DNA of 64,000 bases from Eledone cirrhosa. Its lineage: Eukaryota. This document shows, piece by piece, positions 1-17,925 of the stretch. Numbering within the stretch: the stretch's first letter is position 1; the number at the start of each line of letters is the position of its first letter. The stretch lies in assembly GCA_964016885.1 (NCBI GenBank), contig OZ024745.1:92566001-92630000 (forward strand), read 5' to 3'. The translations under genes were made by a program, and so were the position numbers. The notes under the pieces were generated by a model that was not told where the DNA came from, searched no databases, and worked only from the letters and a program-made list of their open reading frames with translations.

Positions 1-208
1 CTGCTTCTGAACTGGATGCCAGTCTGTTGCAAGGGTTAACCTCCAGCTGCTGCTGCAGGCACTCATTTTTTATTTCAGCTGAGTGGACTGGAGCAATGTG
101 AAATGAAGTGTCTTGCTCAAGGACACAATGTGCTGCCTTGTCCAGGAATCAAACCGACAACCTTACGATTGTGATTCCAATGCCCTAATAACTAAGATGC
201 ATGGCTGA
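1..208 (-). mobile_element. tRNA-derived SINE (MetaSINE/V-SINE-like core)
   Basis: Minus strand carries GTGTCCTTGAGCAAGACACTT...CACATTGCTCCAGTCCACTCAGCTG. Related segments at about 2665-2740, 51800-51890, 53670-53790, 55985-56115 and 58520-58640. Confidence 0.6.
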
Positions 209-990
209 TGGATAGAAAGAACTACTAAATGAACAAAGGAGCGAGGATGGGTGGGTTCAAGGATTGGTAAAACGTAACTGGAAATGTAACAGACTCTAAC
301 AAGAGGAAAATTATTAAAACATTTCTACATTGAGTAAACAGGTAAGACAAATAGATTCATTAAAGAATTAGAGTTACAATGGAAGGTTAACCATATTTAT
401 CTAAGTTTAATGTGTTTCCCTATCCCTATAAACAAGCCCAGCTTTAAAACATTAGAATTTCTATTCCTCTTCCCCTATCGACACATTTATTCCTATTTGT
501 AAACCTTATATTGATTTTGGTCAATGAATACCATGAGGAATTTCCTTAGACTCTATTTTTTATTTATTGATTAAAAGAACCTCCCATGTTTTGTCATGTT
601 TCTTATTTAGTCATGAAATCATATGGTCTAAAATAATTAACTTAAATTTAGAAATATAATTTAGTAATAAACTTAAATAAAAGGTTAAAAAAACAATAAT
701 TTAGAAAAATTTAATTTCTGGAAAGGGGTCCAATGATATTAAAACCTTATTTGAGTTTATAATTAATAAATAAAAAAGGCTTCCTCTCCTTGTGCGTGTG
801 TATATATGTGCGTGCGTATGTATATATAAATATATTTACTCAAACGCATGTGTGTGTGAATGTTTTTTTTTGTGGGTATGTATATACATGCTTATGTGTG
901 GGTATGTATATGTGAATATACACATAACATACATGTGTGTGTGTGTATTATTCTTTAACTGGTTACAATCATTGAACTGTGGTCATGTAT

Positions 991-1034
<44 letters not shown>

Positions 1035-2025
1035 GTGAATGTGTTTGTAGATATGCTGCAACTATTAGCTGCTAAAGAAAGAAAAAAATATTGGTGTCTA
1101 CTTCATCTCACAATGAAAGGTGTTTTAGTGACACAATTGTTTTTTTTTTAACTGAATAAAAAAAAAAAAGTCAGTTTATGAAAAAACAAATGGAATGAAA
1201 AAATTTATTTAAAGCCTTTGAAAAAAAAGAAAACAAAAAGAAAAGAAAGGGTTTTCACAAGCAATGAAATTGATGTAATTTTCTCTTTGTTCATGCTTTA
1301 CATCAAAGCAGTTATTTATGTGAGTTCAAAGTTTTGGTTAGTCATGATGGTTTCTTTAAAACTTGAACATTTGTCGGGTAGGAAACATACTTCATGAAGT
1401 AATCAAAAATAAACCAAAATTATTTTTTATCATCATCATAGAAAACATACTTCATGAAGTAATCAAAAATAAACCAAAATTATTTTTTATTATCATCATC
1501 ATCAATTTTAATTTGAATGTGTTTTATAAGTAGTTTACTTATAGCTTTCATATTGTATGTTTCATTTATCATTCTAACAATGTTTTCCAACACATGATGC
1601 TGCAGTAAAGTGTCTAAGACAGTCATCAGGTTTACAACATTTGTTTATTTTAGAGAAAACAAACTGAGAGAACAACAAACATAAGATATGTGATTCAAGA
1701 GTTTCGGTAACACACTGCTTTGGTAAAATCTGAAAAATTTAAAGCAGTAATTCGCAATGTTTGGGAAATAACTCCAATATAATAATAATTTCAAATTTAG
1801 GCACATTGCCAGAAATCTACAGGAAGAGGAAAGTGGATTATATCAAAGCCATTACTAGTACTTATTTTATCAACCCCAGAAGGATGAGGGGACAAAGTTG
1901 ACCTCTGTGGGATTTGAATTCAGAATATAAATAACTATAACTAAATACTATAAAGTATTTTGTCTGATGCTCTACTAATTCTGCCAATCCACCATCCTTC
2001 TCCAATATAATAATAATAATAATAA

Positions 2026-2235
2026 TTGTTTCTACTTTAGGCACAAGGCCAGGGGGAGGGGAAAGTCGATTAAATCAACCCCAATGCGTGACTGGTACTT
2101 TATTTTTATCGACCCTGTAAGGATGAAAGGCAAAGTTAAACTCGGTGGGATTTGAACTCAGATCACAAAGGGCCGTAACTCTATGCTGCAAAGCATGATG
2201 TCCGACCCTCTACCGATACTGCCAATCCACCGCCC
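2026..2235 (-). mobile_element. tRNA-derived SINE with Deu/Nin-like core
   Basis: A-box TGGCAGTATCGG, B-box GAGTTCAAATCC, core GCCTTTCATCCTTACAGGGTCGATAAA. Older copies at about 1790-1997, 3995-4135, 9100-9310 and 37560-37820. Confidence 0.8.
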
Positions 2236-2840
2236 TCAATAATAATAATAAAGAAAAGAGAAACAACATAAAATCACAGCTTGTAAGTTTGTGTTACAGA
2301 CTCTAACAGAGTGTGGGCTGAGACAACAGTATGGCACAGTAGCTTCACACTTCACCACAAGCATTTGTCCATGACCAAAGCCACTTAAAACTTTAGCATT
2401 TAAACCGGCTGCCGTATCCAGCCAGAATTCCCTCACCTCTCTCTGTTCAAACCAGTTGTAAACAGCTGCTCAAACTGAACGTTAAGGTATTATTCTCAAA
2501 ATAAATATCAAAATCTCAAGATTCAATATTCATCATCATCATTTCATTTTACGTCCGCTTTTCCCTGCTTGCAAGGGTGAGACGGGAACTGATTCTGGCT
2601 TAATTTCTACAGCTGGATGCCCTTCCTAACACCAACCTCATTTACAGTGAGACCTCCACGACCACTGAGTAAACTGGAGCAATGTGAAATAAAGTGTCTT
2701 GCTCAAGGAAACAACACATCACCACTAAGCCATGTGCCTCCAATATTATGTGAGGTAAAGCCTTTACCATGAAAATATAATAGTGTGTGTGTGTGTATAT
2801 ATATATATTTTTTTCTTCCTCTATCTCTTTCTCCGTTTTC

Positions 2841-2953
<113 letters not shown>

Positions 2954-5166
2954 TAAATGCTAAAGAGTTAACTCTTATATGGTTAGGAGCATGTATTTTC
3001 GTGGTTTGTAGTCAATCATAGAAGCATTCACCACCACTTAATTTTAACTAACTCTATACTATCATATACTAACTATACTATTATATCAATTAGGATGTGA
3101 TGTTATGTATGCGCTCATAATAAATGTGTAAACTAGTAAAGTACTATATTTAAATTGACAACCCCATTTTGAGTAATGTTCTCTTAACCCTTTAACATTT
3201 AAACCGGCCATATCTGGCCAGAACTCTCTCACATCTTTCTGTTCAAACTGGCTGTAAACGGTTGCTCATACTTATGTTAAGGTATTGTTCTCAAAATATC
3301 ATAGATTTGATATTATGTGAGATAAAGTGTTTACCATGAAAATACAATAGTCAATATAGAGTAGTGTAGATGCTAAAGGGTGAAACCCTTACAGGATGTT
3401 AAGAGTTAACAGTAGTTTGATTTCTAGTTAACTATTAGAAAGAAGTGCAACATCCATGAATTTTGTAGGCTTTTACAGATTAGTGAGATTGTTGTTGTTG
3501 ATGTTCAGCTTGAACTTAATATATAGGCCAATGTTTGTAGGAGAAACATTAATAGAAAGATTTAAGGAATAAGTGTTTAGTATGTGTATGTTGGAGGGGT
3601 GACTGTGTGACAATAGAGGAGAGAAATGTGTATTGGATGACTAGTGGAAGCTAGTATTCAGCTTGTTAACTAGGTTATTGCAACAGTAGTAATAATAGTT
3701 AAACAGATAAAAAGAAAGAAAGAGCACATCTGTAAGATGGTGATTTATATTGCCATCAGGTCTGTCAAAGAATGACCACAAAGTCCTGGCAACTTAACAA
3801 GCAGATATGTGTTTATCAAGGAATTTTCATCAGAGATTACAAATGTGGTTAACTATTGCCCTCCTTCAGACAATATCTTGTTGGCTAGATACAAGCAAGT
3901 TCACCTTACCTTCTTGGGTTCATAGAACATAAATAACTGGAATAAATATTACAAAGAATTTTGTTCTAATGCTTTAAAAATTTTGTTAAACCATCACCCT
4001 GGATTGGCACTTTATTTTATTGACCCCAGAAAAGATGAAAAGCAAAGTTGACCTCAGCAAGATTTAAACTCAGAATGTAAAGAGCTGGAATATATATTAC
4101 AAGTCATTTTGTCTGACATTCTAATGATTCTGTTAAATTTACTGACTTGATTGTAGTATGTTAGGGAAGTCATTCTTTGTATCTCTTAGATGCAGTGTGT
4201 GATGTGTGTGGTGTGTCTACAATGCTAGGTATATGAGCAGTTACATGTAGGTTGAACAAAGTTGAAGTATTTTTCTTTGTATGAAGATGAAGCCTAATCA
4301 AATATGACAATATTATAAATAAAGTAGCCACATAAAAATGCTTTAAACAAATTTATCTTCTAATGAAGGACTAGTGTTCGAAACGTTAAGACTATCTTTC
4401 TGCTATTTCAAGTGTTAAACTAATATATTACTTCCATGTACTGTGCTGTTTGTTTTATTTCTGTTTGCCTTTTACTTACTTACACACACATACATACATA
4501 TATATATTCTGGTCCTCTTAAGGAGACTAAACAATTTTTTTTTAATAAGTGAGGTGGAGAGTCGTACAATTTATGCACTTTCGAATTACATTCCAAAATA
4601 TATATTTAAAGATACACTAATATATTCACAACTAAAAATAAATCAAAAGAATTTTAGAATATATTGAACCATTTTAGTTCCATTCATTCTTCCATGCTGG
4701 CATGGGTTAGATCAGGCATGTCAAACTGAGGGTCCCCCGAGGGCTACATGGGTCACACATATGTGTTGTCTGAGGGCCACACATGACAACTAATTGAACA
4801 CATTACAACTAATTTTTTTATTTTATATTATGAAGATAAAACATGTTCTCACTGTAAAAACCTTTGTGCAGGTCGCAGGTGTGCTTGTAAAGGGCTGCAT
4901 GCAGTCTCATATATCTCTAAGATAGTTATTCTTGTATTTCATATATCTCTAAGATATTCTAGTATTAATCATTGTTAACACAGATTAATTTTAATCAGAA
5001 GATTTTATATATATATCTATCTTCAATACTAGAGACAGACATTGATAGACTATATTACTATATTAAAGTATTTCATCTGATATCCTACCATTTCACTGCT
5101 CCAATTAAGAATGCTGATTAACAAACACAAAAGAAAGGTATATAGTTTTTCTCTATTTAGAAAACC

Positions 5167-5218
<52 letters not shown>

Positions 5219-8200
5219 GGAGGGAGGGAGGGAGGGAGAGAGAGGGAGGGAGGGAGGGAGGGAGGGAGAGGAGAGGGAGGGAGGGAGAGAGAGAGAGGGA
5301 ATATTATGATATATACTTTAGTAATATTTTTACCAAAGTAAACAAAGTTTTGATAAAGTAGAGTTGTGTAGATTTGTGGAATTTGGATTTCATAAGTTGG
5401 GATGTCAAGTTTTAGTACTAGAAGTATATCTAAAGCTTTGTTTACCAATTAAGGACCAAGTACTTATTCATGGCCACAAAACGGTAAATATACTAATTTT
5501 ATTATAGCCATTACATTGTGTATTAAATTAATTTCATTTGTTTCTTTTAAATGTAGATTAATTAAAACATAAATTACATTTATATAAAACAAGAAAACAA
5601 AGTCCAGAAAGGCCACTCTTTACTTCTATTATACAGGCCAATTAGCAGTCATTAAAAAATAACTACTTTTGTTTGTTAAAAGTAAATCAATAAGGGAAAA
5701 AAAAAAGTGAAGTCAGAAATTAAGAAATTTGGAGGTTCCTTTTAATAGCACAGATCAATGATTTTTCACACTATCTGGTTGTTCGAATGTTCATATAGGT
5801 TAGCGAAAAAGTGTAGCATGCCTTCCCAGACCAAAACTGCATTGACAGAAATTTGATGAAAGCATGAGTAAAATATAAAACAATTAAAAAAAAAAGTTTG
5901 AAAAGCCATTCAAAAAAGTTGAATCTGAAATAATGCATTAATATATCACACCGGTATAGATAGATCAATTTTTCAGGGAATGAAGAAATTTCATTGCTTG
6001 GAGAAAGACTCCAAAAACAGGAGAGGGAAGAAAAAAAAAAAAAGTCATACTCAGGAAAATGACCAGTCACTGGGATCGTAGTCAATTAGGTCAGTTGAAT
6101 TAAAAAAAAAAAATGTAGTAGATAAAAGCAATTGTCCAAAGAATGAAACAATTGCAAATAAATGTTAAAATGTTGGGACAGCTAAAACAAGAACATGGAG
6201 TGAACTTAGCACAACAACAAGAATGAGCGTTTCAGGAAATACTAGAGTCCATTTAAAAAAAAAAAAATTAGACAATGCACAAATAAAAGCAAATTAAATT
6301 TTAAAAGTTGAAATCCAATTAGAAAAAAGAAAACCCCAAAAATGTTTAAATAGTCAATTTACCACAATTATGGTTTGGACGTAATATAGATGTTGTTGGA
6401 TCAGCAGTGAGAGACAAAGAAAGACGTAAATACTGCTTACAGTTTACTACAGTCAAGAATTTCAGGTGATGCTGATCGCAATCTCATTAATGTCCTGCTT
6501 CCTTATTGACATCTAATGGACATATAACCCTTGTCAGCCATTTATAATTGTCCTTCTAAGCAAGTTGAATAATTACAAGTGGAAAAAAGAAAAAGAAAAA
6601 AAGGCAAAAAAAAAGTGGGGAATAAATAGATAACAAGGGTTTCTCAATCCTTTTTAGTAGATTGGTTGATTGGTTGGTTGTTTTGAATGCTTAAAATAAA
6701 TTAAATAAGAAATATCCAATAAAAAAGATATATATTACTAGCTTTTTTGTTATCAGTGTTGAAAATCTAGCATGAGTAAATAAAATAAATAAGACTACTC
6801 TGCCAGTTTTGAGAGCTGGGTAATATTTTTCAGTTTGGCATGATTGCTTTGTACGGTTGCTCCATTTACAAACTGAATATCAAGCAATGTCACTGAACAT
6901 GCACTACTGATCTACAGCAGTGCTGTTAGCAGAAGCATTTTTTTTTTCTTTTACCATTCTTACAGGAGCAAATAAAAATATAAAATAAAAAAAAAACTCA
7001 GAGTGAAACATTACAAAGCTGTGTCATTGTTAGAAATGACAACTAGACTATTTTATTCAAGAACCAAAGAATCAGTTCTTCAAAAGTAGCAAGATGTCAG
7101 CACCGGTTTCTTAGAGTTGAGACAACGCTTTATAAGGCGCAGGGAATTACTGAATTATATTGATAACAGAGTACTATGTCTCATTATAAGGACAGATATG
7201 ATTCCTTTAAAAAGGAAAATACAAAGTGTTTTCAGTTTGTAAGATGAAGTCAATATCTTTGTTTCGTTTTTTTTTTATTTTTTCCCATTAGCAGAAAATT
7301 TGAAAAAATAATTTTCATAACAAAAGAAAAAAATGACAATGAGAAAAATTAATTGAAGATAAGTGAAGAGTTAATTTGGTTGTTGCTAATGTATTAATCT
7401 TCAAAGATGAATTTATTTAAATATTTGAATTGGTAGACTTATTTGAAAAAGAAAAAAAAAAAGGTCAATTAGATGAATACAAAAGGTATATATTGTAGAT
7501 TTTGAGACCATGAAAAGAAATTCTTAGAAAACATTTTTTCAGAAGGAAATATGGACCTATTATTTGTGTTGATTGTTTGAAAGACTAAAACTAGTTAAAT
7601 AACATACCAAAGTGAAAATATAGAAATTACTTCTCATATTCTTCTGATGATTACATGAATAGTGACCATATTATCATCAGAGTTGTTGCTGTTGTTATTA
7701 GCACAGTATAAAGTTCGAGTCTTAAAAGAAATGAATTTTGGATTATCTACACTGCTTAGTTTTATCCCATAAACTTTAAATATTCACCTCATTTAATATA
7801 ACTGTCATATGAAGTACACAGAGCTAATATTTTTCTTTTAATATTTTCTTTCTCCACAAACACTTTTCTGTTGTGCATTTACTATTAATCATGCAGCCTT
7901 TTACTTTTCTATCTGTTTTTCACTGCTCTAATATGGTTGGGATGTCTCCCATTAAAGCAGTTATTTTTAACAGCTGAATTACTCTTTCTACATTCCATGA
8001 AGAAGGTTTGAAACCATAACCATATGGTCAGCAGTGTAGTACCATAACCACATAGCCATTGTGCCTCTAATTCAAAATTTCTTTCTTTTTTTTCATTAAT
8101 TTTACATTTTGCTGGTTCTATTTTTTTTTATAAAACAAAACCATTTGTGATATTGGGGTGGGAAATGGCAACATTCACATGGTCCACCCTGTACAGAATA

Positions 8201-11200
8201 AATCCCAACTAATGCCATTGCTTGATATATGCTTGATGAGAAATAGAATGAGACTCTTTTCTCTTGTAAAAAAATGTAACCCTTACATATATATCTTATA
8301 AACTTTAAAGGTTTTAGTTGTGGGGGTTCTGATTTGGTGTCCATGATTTTTAAATGTTTCACATCTTGATTTTAGTGGATGTTGGTGATTGTTTTGATAG
8401 AAGCTGATCTCAAGATGGAGTAAAGTAAAATAAAGAGACTTTTCTAGATATGAATCATGAACAAAGAAGCAGATAATCCAACTATCAAAGAGTGAATTAT
8501 CTAACATACTAAATTGTCCAGTACACTAAGGAACAATTTCAGTAAGGAAGATATGTTATACAATTCATATAAAAAATAACCACCCTTTGTAATAAAAATG
8601 AAATTTTATAACTCATTTTATTTTAAAACAGCTTACCAATAGGTTTATTTTCAATTTCATTGAAAACTATCTAATTTGGAAACCACTGTAAAATGATTAC
8701 AATGTCAGATCACCTAACACTGTAGCTTTATAATTATTGTGCCACATTACAGGCAAAAGATTAAGTCTTCCATCCCTAGAAACAGGAACAGCCACACCAA
8801 TGATCTGGATCTGATACATGGTTTCTATTTGCCAAATTTAATTCACAAGATATTGTTTAATCCAGGTCTATGATAGAATACACTTGCCCATGACACATTG
8901 GCATCAAATCTAAAACCATACAGTTATAAAACAAATTTAACATGTATGTAGCCCATGATATTTCAGGGCAATATATATTTCAAGGAAGGTATTATATGTA
9001 ATAAAAGATTTAATACCTTCTGAGTATATATTAAATGGTTAAAATTCTTAATAAATTTTGTGAAAGATGTATTTCTTTTTTTATAGTATCTTGAATATTT
9101 CTAATTTAGGCACAAGGCCAGCAATTTAGGGGAAGGGATAAGTTGATTAAATCAACCCCAGTAATTGATTGGTACTTTATTTTATTGACCCCTGAAGGAT
9201 GAAAGCTAAAGTTGACCGAAGAAGAATTGGAACTGAGAAGATAAAAAGCTGAAAGAAATACTTCAAAGTATTTCTCTTGATCTCTACCAATTCAATTAAT
9301 CCCTCACCCTCTATTGTATCTTAAATATTGTAGCTAAACTTCTAACATTCAACCATAGATGAAACATGTAATTATTTGACAAAAAGGGAAAGCTCAGAGT
9401 ATTTTCTATCAAGCTTAAATATTCTGTGAGTTAATGGTGCAGAACATAGGAAGCTTGTAATCATTTATTTTGTTTTATATTGTATTATTATTAAATGAAC
9501 ACCAAAATCAGATTGTAAATATTCAACTAAAACTGAAGACAAATCATCAGGAAGCTGATATGATTGTAAAGATGTGAAATATATTGAAGAAATTATGTTG
9601 TGAAATGAAGACAATCAGGAAGCTGATGTAATTGTAAAGATGTGAAGTATTTGAAGAAATTATGTTGTGAAATGTATTTTGAGAAGATAACGAAGAAAAA
9701 CAAACCAGCATTGTTTTCAAGCATCACATATAGTATTTAATCAGACGTAGATGTAGTGCAAGTGGTTCTTGCAGAGTCAAAAGCACCGGTTTATGTATGA
9801 ATTAAAAATTTTTTTTTTTTTTTATTATTTAGAATCAAAAATTGTATTCATGATTATAAATTTACATTTAAAATGAATTGTCCATTCTGAAGAAATAGTC
9901 ATGAATTTGATGACAACAGCCAAACATGGAGTATGAAGAAAGCCATTTGTGAGAGATATGCATTTTATAATTAGACTGCAGTTGAATGATAAAAAGAAAA
10001 TAGTATAATTTTGGAATCCATTGATAATTCAAGAAAATTAGTTGGGGGTGGGGGGAAGCATGATAAGTAAAGATTATCATCAAACCAACTTCATAATAGG
10101 AATTATAAGTAATTAATAATTAGTAGAAATTAATATAATTCACATAAAATTAAATTTGTTACTCCATAGATATGTACTATATAGTTTTTAACACTTTCAA
10201 AATACACACACTTATGTAGCAGATAAAATAGTTCATCACAGAACCAAAAGCACCGGTTTAAATGTGATTTTCTTAGAATCAAATTTACATTAAAAATAAA
10301 TAAAAGGTCAACAATATGTATCCATTCACAGGTTCTGCACTAGGTCCATGGCCAAGATAATTAAATTTTGTTGATCACCTAAATAGAAATAGGTATATAG
10401 CTCACTGCTGTAGATAGCATATGTACTACTTTGTGGTGCTAAATTTGAAGTCTTTTCTTTGGCCAGGCATAGCCAATGAGAAAACCAACCCAGTTTATTA
10501 TTCCTAATAGATTCTAATATAATCAGGATCATCAGAATTTGAATCCCCCATGGATATTGTCAACAAGAAAAGCTGTAGAAAGCAACAACAACATGAGTGA
10601 GACTTGCTGTAACAAAAGATAAAATATGAGTATGGAAGTTCAACAGATATCTAATCTACAGTTCACAGCTACCAAAAGGTTAAAAGAAATGTGGGGAGAG
10701 GTGCAACACCTGACAAAACAATCTTGGAATATTTGATATATGCTTAATTACAGAGAAAGAGGAAATCTATCAACAAAAAAGAGAAATAATATCAAAGTAA
10801 AAATTAGCAAATTACATGAAGATGAAGAAAGTGATAGAAGACTGAATGAAATTAATAAACAATGAAAAGGATGCTGATGAGGCAGGAAACTCAGAAAAGC
10901 AATGATAGAAAATAATATTACATTATCATTACTGTGAAAAGTAGATCACATATTAAGATGGATTCTAAATATCAGAATACAATATCAAGCCTTATTTAAA
11001 CAAACAAAATGAAAAAATCTGAACTTAGAAAATTGTTATTGTTTTTTTTAATGAATAACATCAAACAGATTAATAATTTCATCTAGTTGATAAGGAGCAG
11101 AACTGTTTAAATAATCAAAGATTAAGTATAATAATCAAAGAGATATTGATTTTTTACACCAACAGAAAAGCCTCAGTTATTTTCTTTCCTTTTTTTAGCT

Positions 11201-12669
11201 AAGTGGAAATGCAATTGTATGAAGTTCACACCTTTGACAAAGACAGTGTCAGAGAAATGGATACAACTTGAGATAAAGAAAAAGAAATCTCCAATAATAC
11301 CCACAAATTATATGAGAATAAATTTGAAAGAAATTACTGAAAATTATAGAAACCATCTTTCAATATGATATGCGAACTTTGCTTCTTCTTGCTTTAACAG
11401 ACATAGTTCTTTGTCAGAAAACATATGTTGATATGAAATATAAAAATCTTCCAATCTATACCATCCTTTAACTATTAAGGTCCTGTACCACATAAAACCG
11501 CATTCCAGGAAAGAGAAAAACGACACTCTGATTGCATCACACTCACTGCAAATTTTCAATGGTCTAGAAAAAATACTATTGGGTCGTCAAGTATAAAATT
11601 TGTGGAAAAAAAAAAACATTGATGACCCAATATAGACCTTTGAATTAACAATTCGGCTTTTAGATAGTTTCTGCTAAATCATTACAGGAGGTTGAGTTAA
11701 GAGAAGTTTAGAAAGTCCTGTGGAATGTTAGATGATTAGATAAATAAAACAGAACTGTAGTGGTATAGTCAGTTATTTATTGTATAGTAAGGGACACCAA
11801 CCTATAATATTAGGGTCACTAAGCCATCATGGCAGGTGTCTGTAAACAGCACCAAAGGGGAAGCCTAAACATAGAAAAAAAAACTTAATAGCTAAGTATA
11901 TGTTTAATAATGACACCATTTCTATTAGAAAAACAAGGTGGCAAGAGAGGAAAAAAAATCACCAGGAACAAAAGGCCAGTTTCAAAGAAACTATAATATA
12001 AATATATATATATATACATATATGTATATACATATATATATATATACTGTATATACATATATACATACATATATTGTATATACATATACATATATATATA
12101 CATATATACATATATATATTGTATATACATATACATATACATATATACATATATACATACATATATTGTATATACATATACATATATATTGTATATATAT
12201 ATACATATACATATATATATACATATATATACATATATACATACATATATATATACAGTCTTTTAAATTATTTAGAAGTGAAGCTTATCAATTGTCTCTG
12301 GATGTTTACTGAGGAGAGCAGTGGCAAGATATTCCTACACTTATACACTTATCCATCTCGAAACATGTTTGGATTTTGAGGTTTAAACTTATCTACTGAA
12401 CAGGTTTGACTTTGAAATTTAAATATGTATAAACATCATAGCCATTTGGCAGCACAGCTAGTTTTTGTCGATTTATTATTATTATTATTTTAAATCGATG
12501 TGGACGAACTGTGGTATAATAATTAATATTCTTCAGTCTGGCTAACTTTCTTTTGCAATATAAATACAGATGTGTTGGTATCTGTTTCATCATATATATT
12601 ACTTTTATACACGGCTCAGGAATATTTCCTTTCGAGCTAATTCCATTGTAAAAGAATTCCTTACACTTA

Positions 12670-15600
<2,931 letters not shown>

Positions 15601-16632
15601 AGCCATCATGGCAGGTGTCTGTAAAGAGCACCAAAGGGGAAGCCTAAACATATTATTTTCCCAATTTGTAGAAAACTTATAATGAAACAATTGTTTGGAA
15701 AGAGAGATGTATTTTAATTATGTCTCATATGAAATAATACAACTGGCTATCTGCAGAATACGTATAGTTAGCACCCCAAACGTATAACTGGGATTATACT
15801 AAGGTATATCCTAATGTTTGTTGAGTGAGACGGAAGCCGGTCGGAGTATTGCTTAAAGCTTTCTCTGTTAATGTATTAAATATACATACATATATATATA
15901 TATATACATATATACACATATATATATATATACATATATATATATACACACATATATATATACATTTATATATATACATATATATGTACATATATATATA
16001 CATATATATGTACATATATATACACACATATATATATACATATATATATACATATATATACACACATATATATACATATATATACACATATATATATACA
16101 TATATATATACATATATATGTACATATATATATACATATATATGTACATATATATATACATATATATGTACATATATATGTACATATATATGTACATATA
16201 TATGTACATATATATATACATATATATATACATATATATGTACATATATATATATACATATATATACACACATATATATATACATATATATATATATATA
16301 CATATATATATACATATATATACACACATATATATATACATATATATATATATACATATATATATACATATATATATATATACATATATATATATACATA
16401 TATATATACATATATATATGTATTAGCGTGGAAGAACGGACGTAAAACGGTGATCATGATGATACATATATATATGTATATACATATATATACATATATA
16501 TATACATATACATGTATATATATATGTGTATATATATATATATGTGTATATATATATATATATGTGTATATATATATATACATATGTATGTATATATATA
16601 TATACATATGTATATATATATATATACATATG

Positions 16633-16684
<52 letters not shown>

Positions 16685-16687
16685 CAC

Positions 16688-16718
<31 letters not shown>

Positions 16719-16737
16719 TATATATATATATATACAC

Positions 16738-16770
<33 letters not shown>

Positions 16771-16789
16771 TATATATATATATATACAC

Positions 16790-16820
<31 letters not shown>

Positions 16821-16840
16821 TATATATATATATACACATA

Positions 16841-16887
<47 letters not shown>

Positions 16888-17174
16888 TACTCTTTTACCT
16901 GTTCCAGCCATCTGGCTGAGGCCATGCTGGGGCACAGCCCTTGTTGCTACACATTTTATCTCCAGCCTGTATAGGTTGGCCACTGGTGCAAGAGGGAGTT
17001 TGTTGCGGCTGTCCTTAGGTTTCCCTCGTGTCTTGCTGTGGGCTCATCCGACAACTTGGATAGCAAGGTGTCGAGATGTTTCTTGAAGACATCCACCTCC
17101 ACACCATGCAAATCTCTCAGATCCCTCGGCAGCTTGTTGAAGAGTTGAGGGCTCTTGAACCCCAGGCTATTGCA
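16888..17174 (-). mobile_element. CR1-like LINE 3' fragment
   Basis: My translation [44 protein letters not shown]...AATNSLLHQ resembles the CR1-type ORF2 C-terminus. Short 3' UTR, flanked by (TA)n. Confidence 0.7.
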
Positions 17175-17205
<31 letters not shown>

Positions 17206-17268
17206 GGTCCCGGGTTGAGTCGGGGATAACCACAGTAAGTAAGGTACTCAATACATGGCAGAGTAAAA

Positions 17269-17406
17269 TTTTTTTATTTTATAGAAGGAGCTTCTACAGG
17301 ACTAGTACTGTTTCATTCAGATGAAATCTTCAGGAAGCTTCCTGAAGATTTCATCTGAATGAAACAGTACTAGTCCTGTAGAAGCTCCTTCTATAAAATA
17401 AAAAAA
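17269..17406. repeat. Perfect 138-bp palindrome within a short repeat element (about 17204-17408)
   Basis: Centre CAGGAAG|CTTCCTG. Diverged relatives at about 24500-24700 and 53975-54182. Confidence 0.93.
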
Positions 17407-17438
17407 AATATATATATATGTATATATATATATGTATG

Positions 17439-17496
<58 letters not shown>

Positions 17497-17528
17497 TATG
17501 TATATATATATATATATGTATATATATT

Positions 17529-17559
<31 letters not shown>

Positions 17560-17870
17560 CTGTATATGTATATATGTGTATATATATCTGTATATGTATA
17601 TATGTGTATATATATCTGTATATGTATATATGTGTATATATATCTGTATATGTATATATATATATAAATATATGTATATATGTGTATATATATATATATA
17701 TGTATATATGTGTATATGTATATATATATATATATGTAACGATATTCAATGATTATGTCAAAGAATGAGTTTTACAGTAGATTGGAAGCACTCTACGGTA
17801 AAATGATTTTCCGGAGTTATTAATATTAAAATATAAATATTAATAAAATAGATGTTCTTTTGATCAATTA

Positions 17871-17925
17871 CATTTTATTATACATATTTCGGATGTACAA
17901 CAGTATGTCCTCATCAGACAAAATA
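17871..17925 (-). ncRNA. Minimal hammerhead ribozyme
   Basis: UAUUUUGU-CUGAUGA-GGAcaUACuguuGUAcaUCC-GAAA-UAUGUA-UA-AUAAAAUG. Core is intact and stems I and II pair. Confidence 0.75.

Noticed and set aside
2140-2235. tRNA-like A/B boxes
   Set aside because: SINE heads without a complete cloverleaf; not tRNA genes.
4356-4391. Hammerhead-like CTAATGA...GAAACGTT
   Set aside because: Essential core G is replaced by A; at most a dead PLE remnant.
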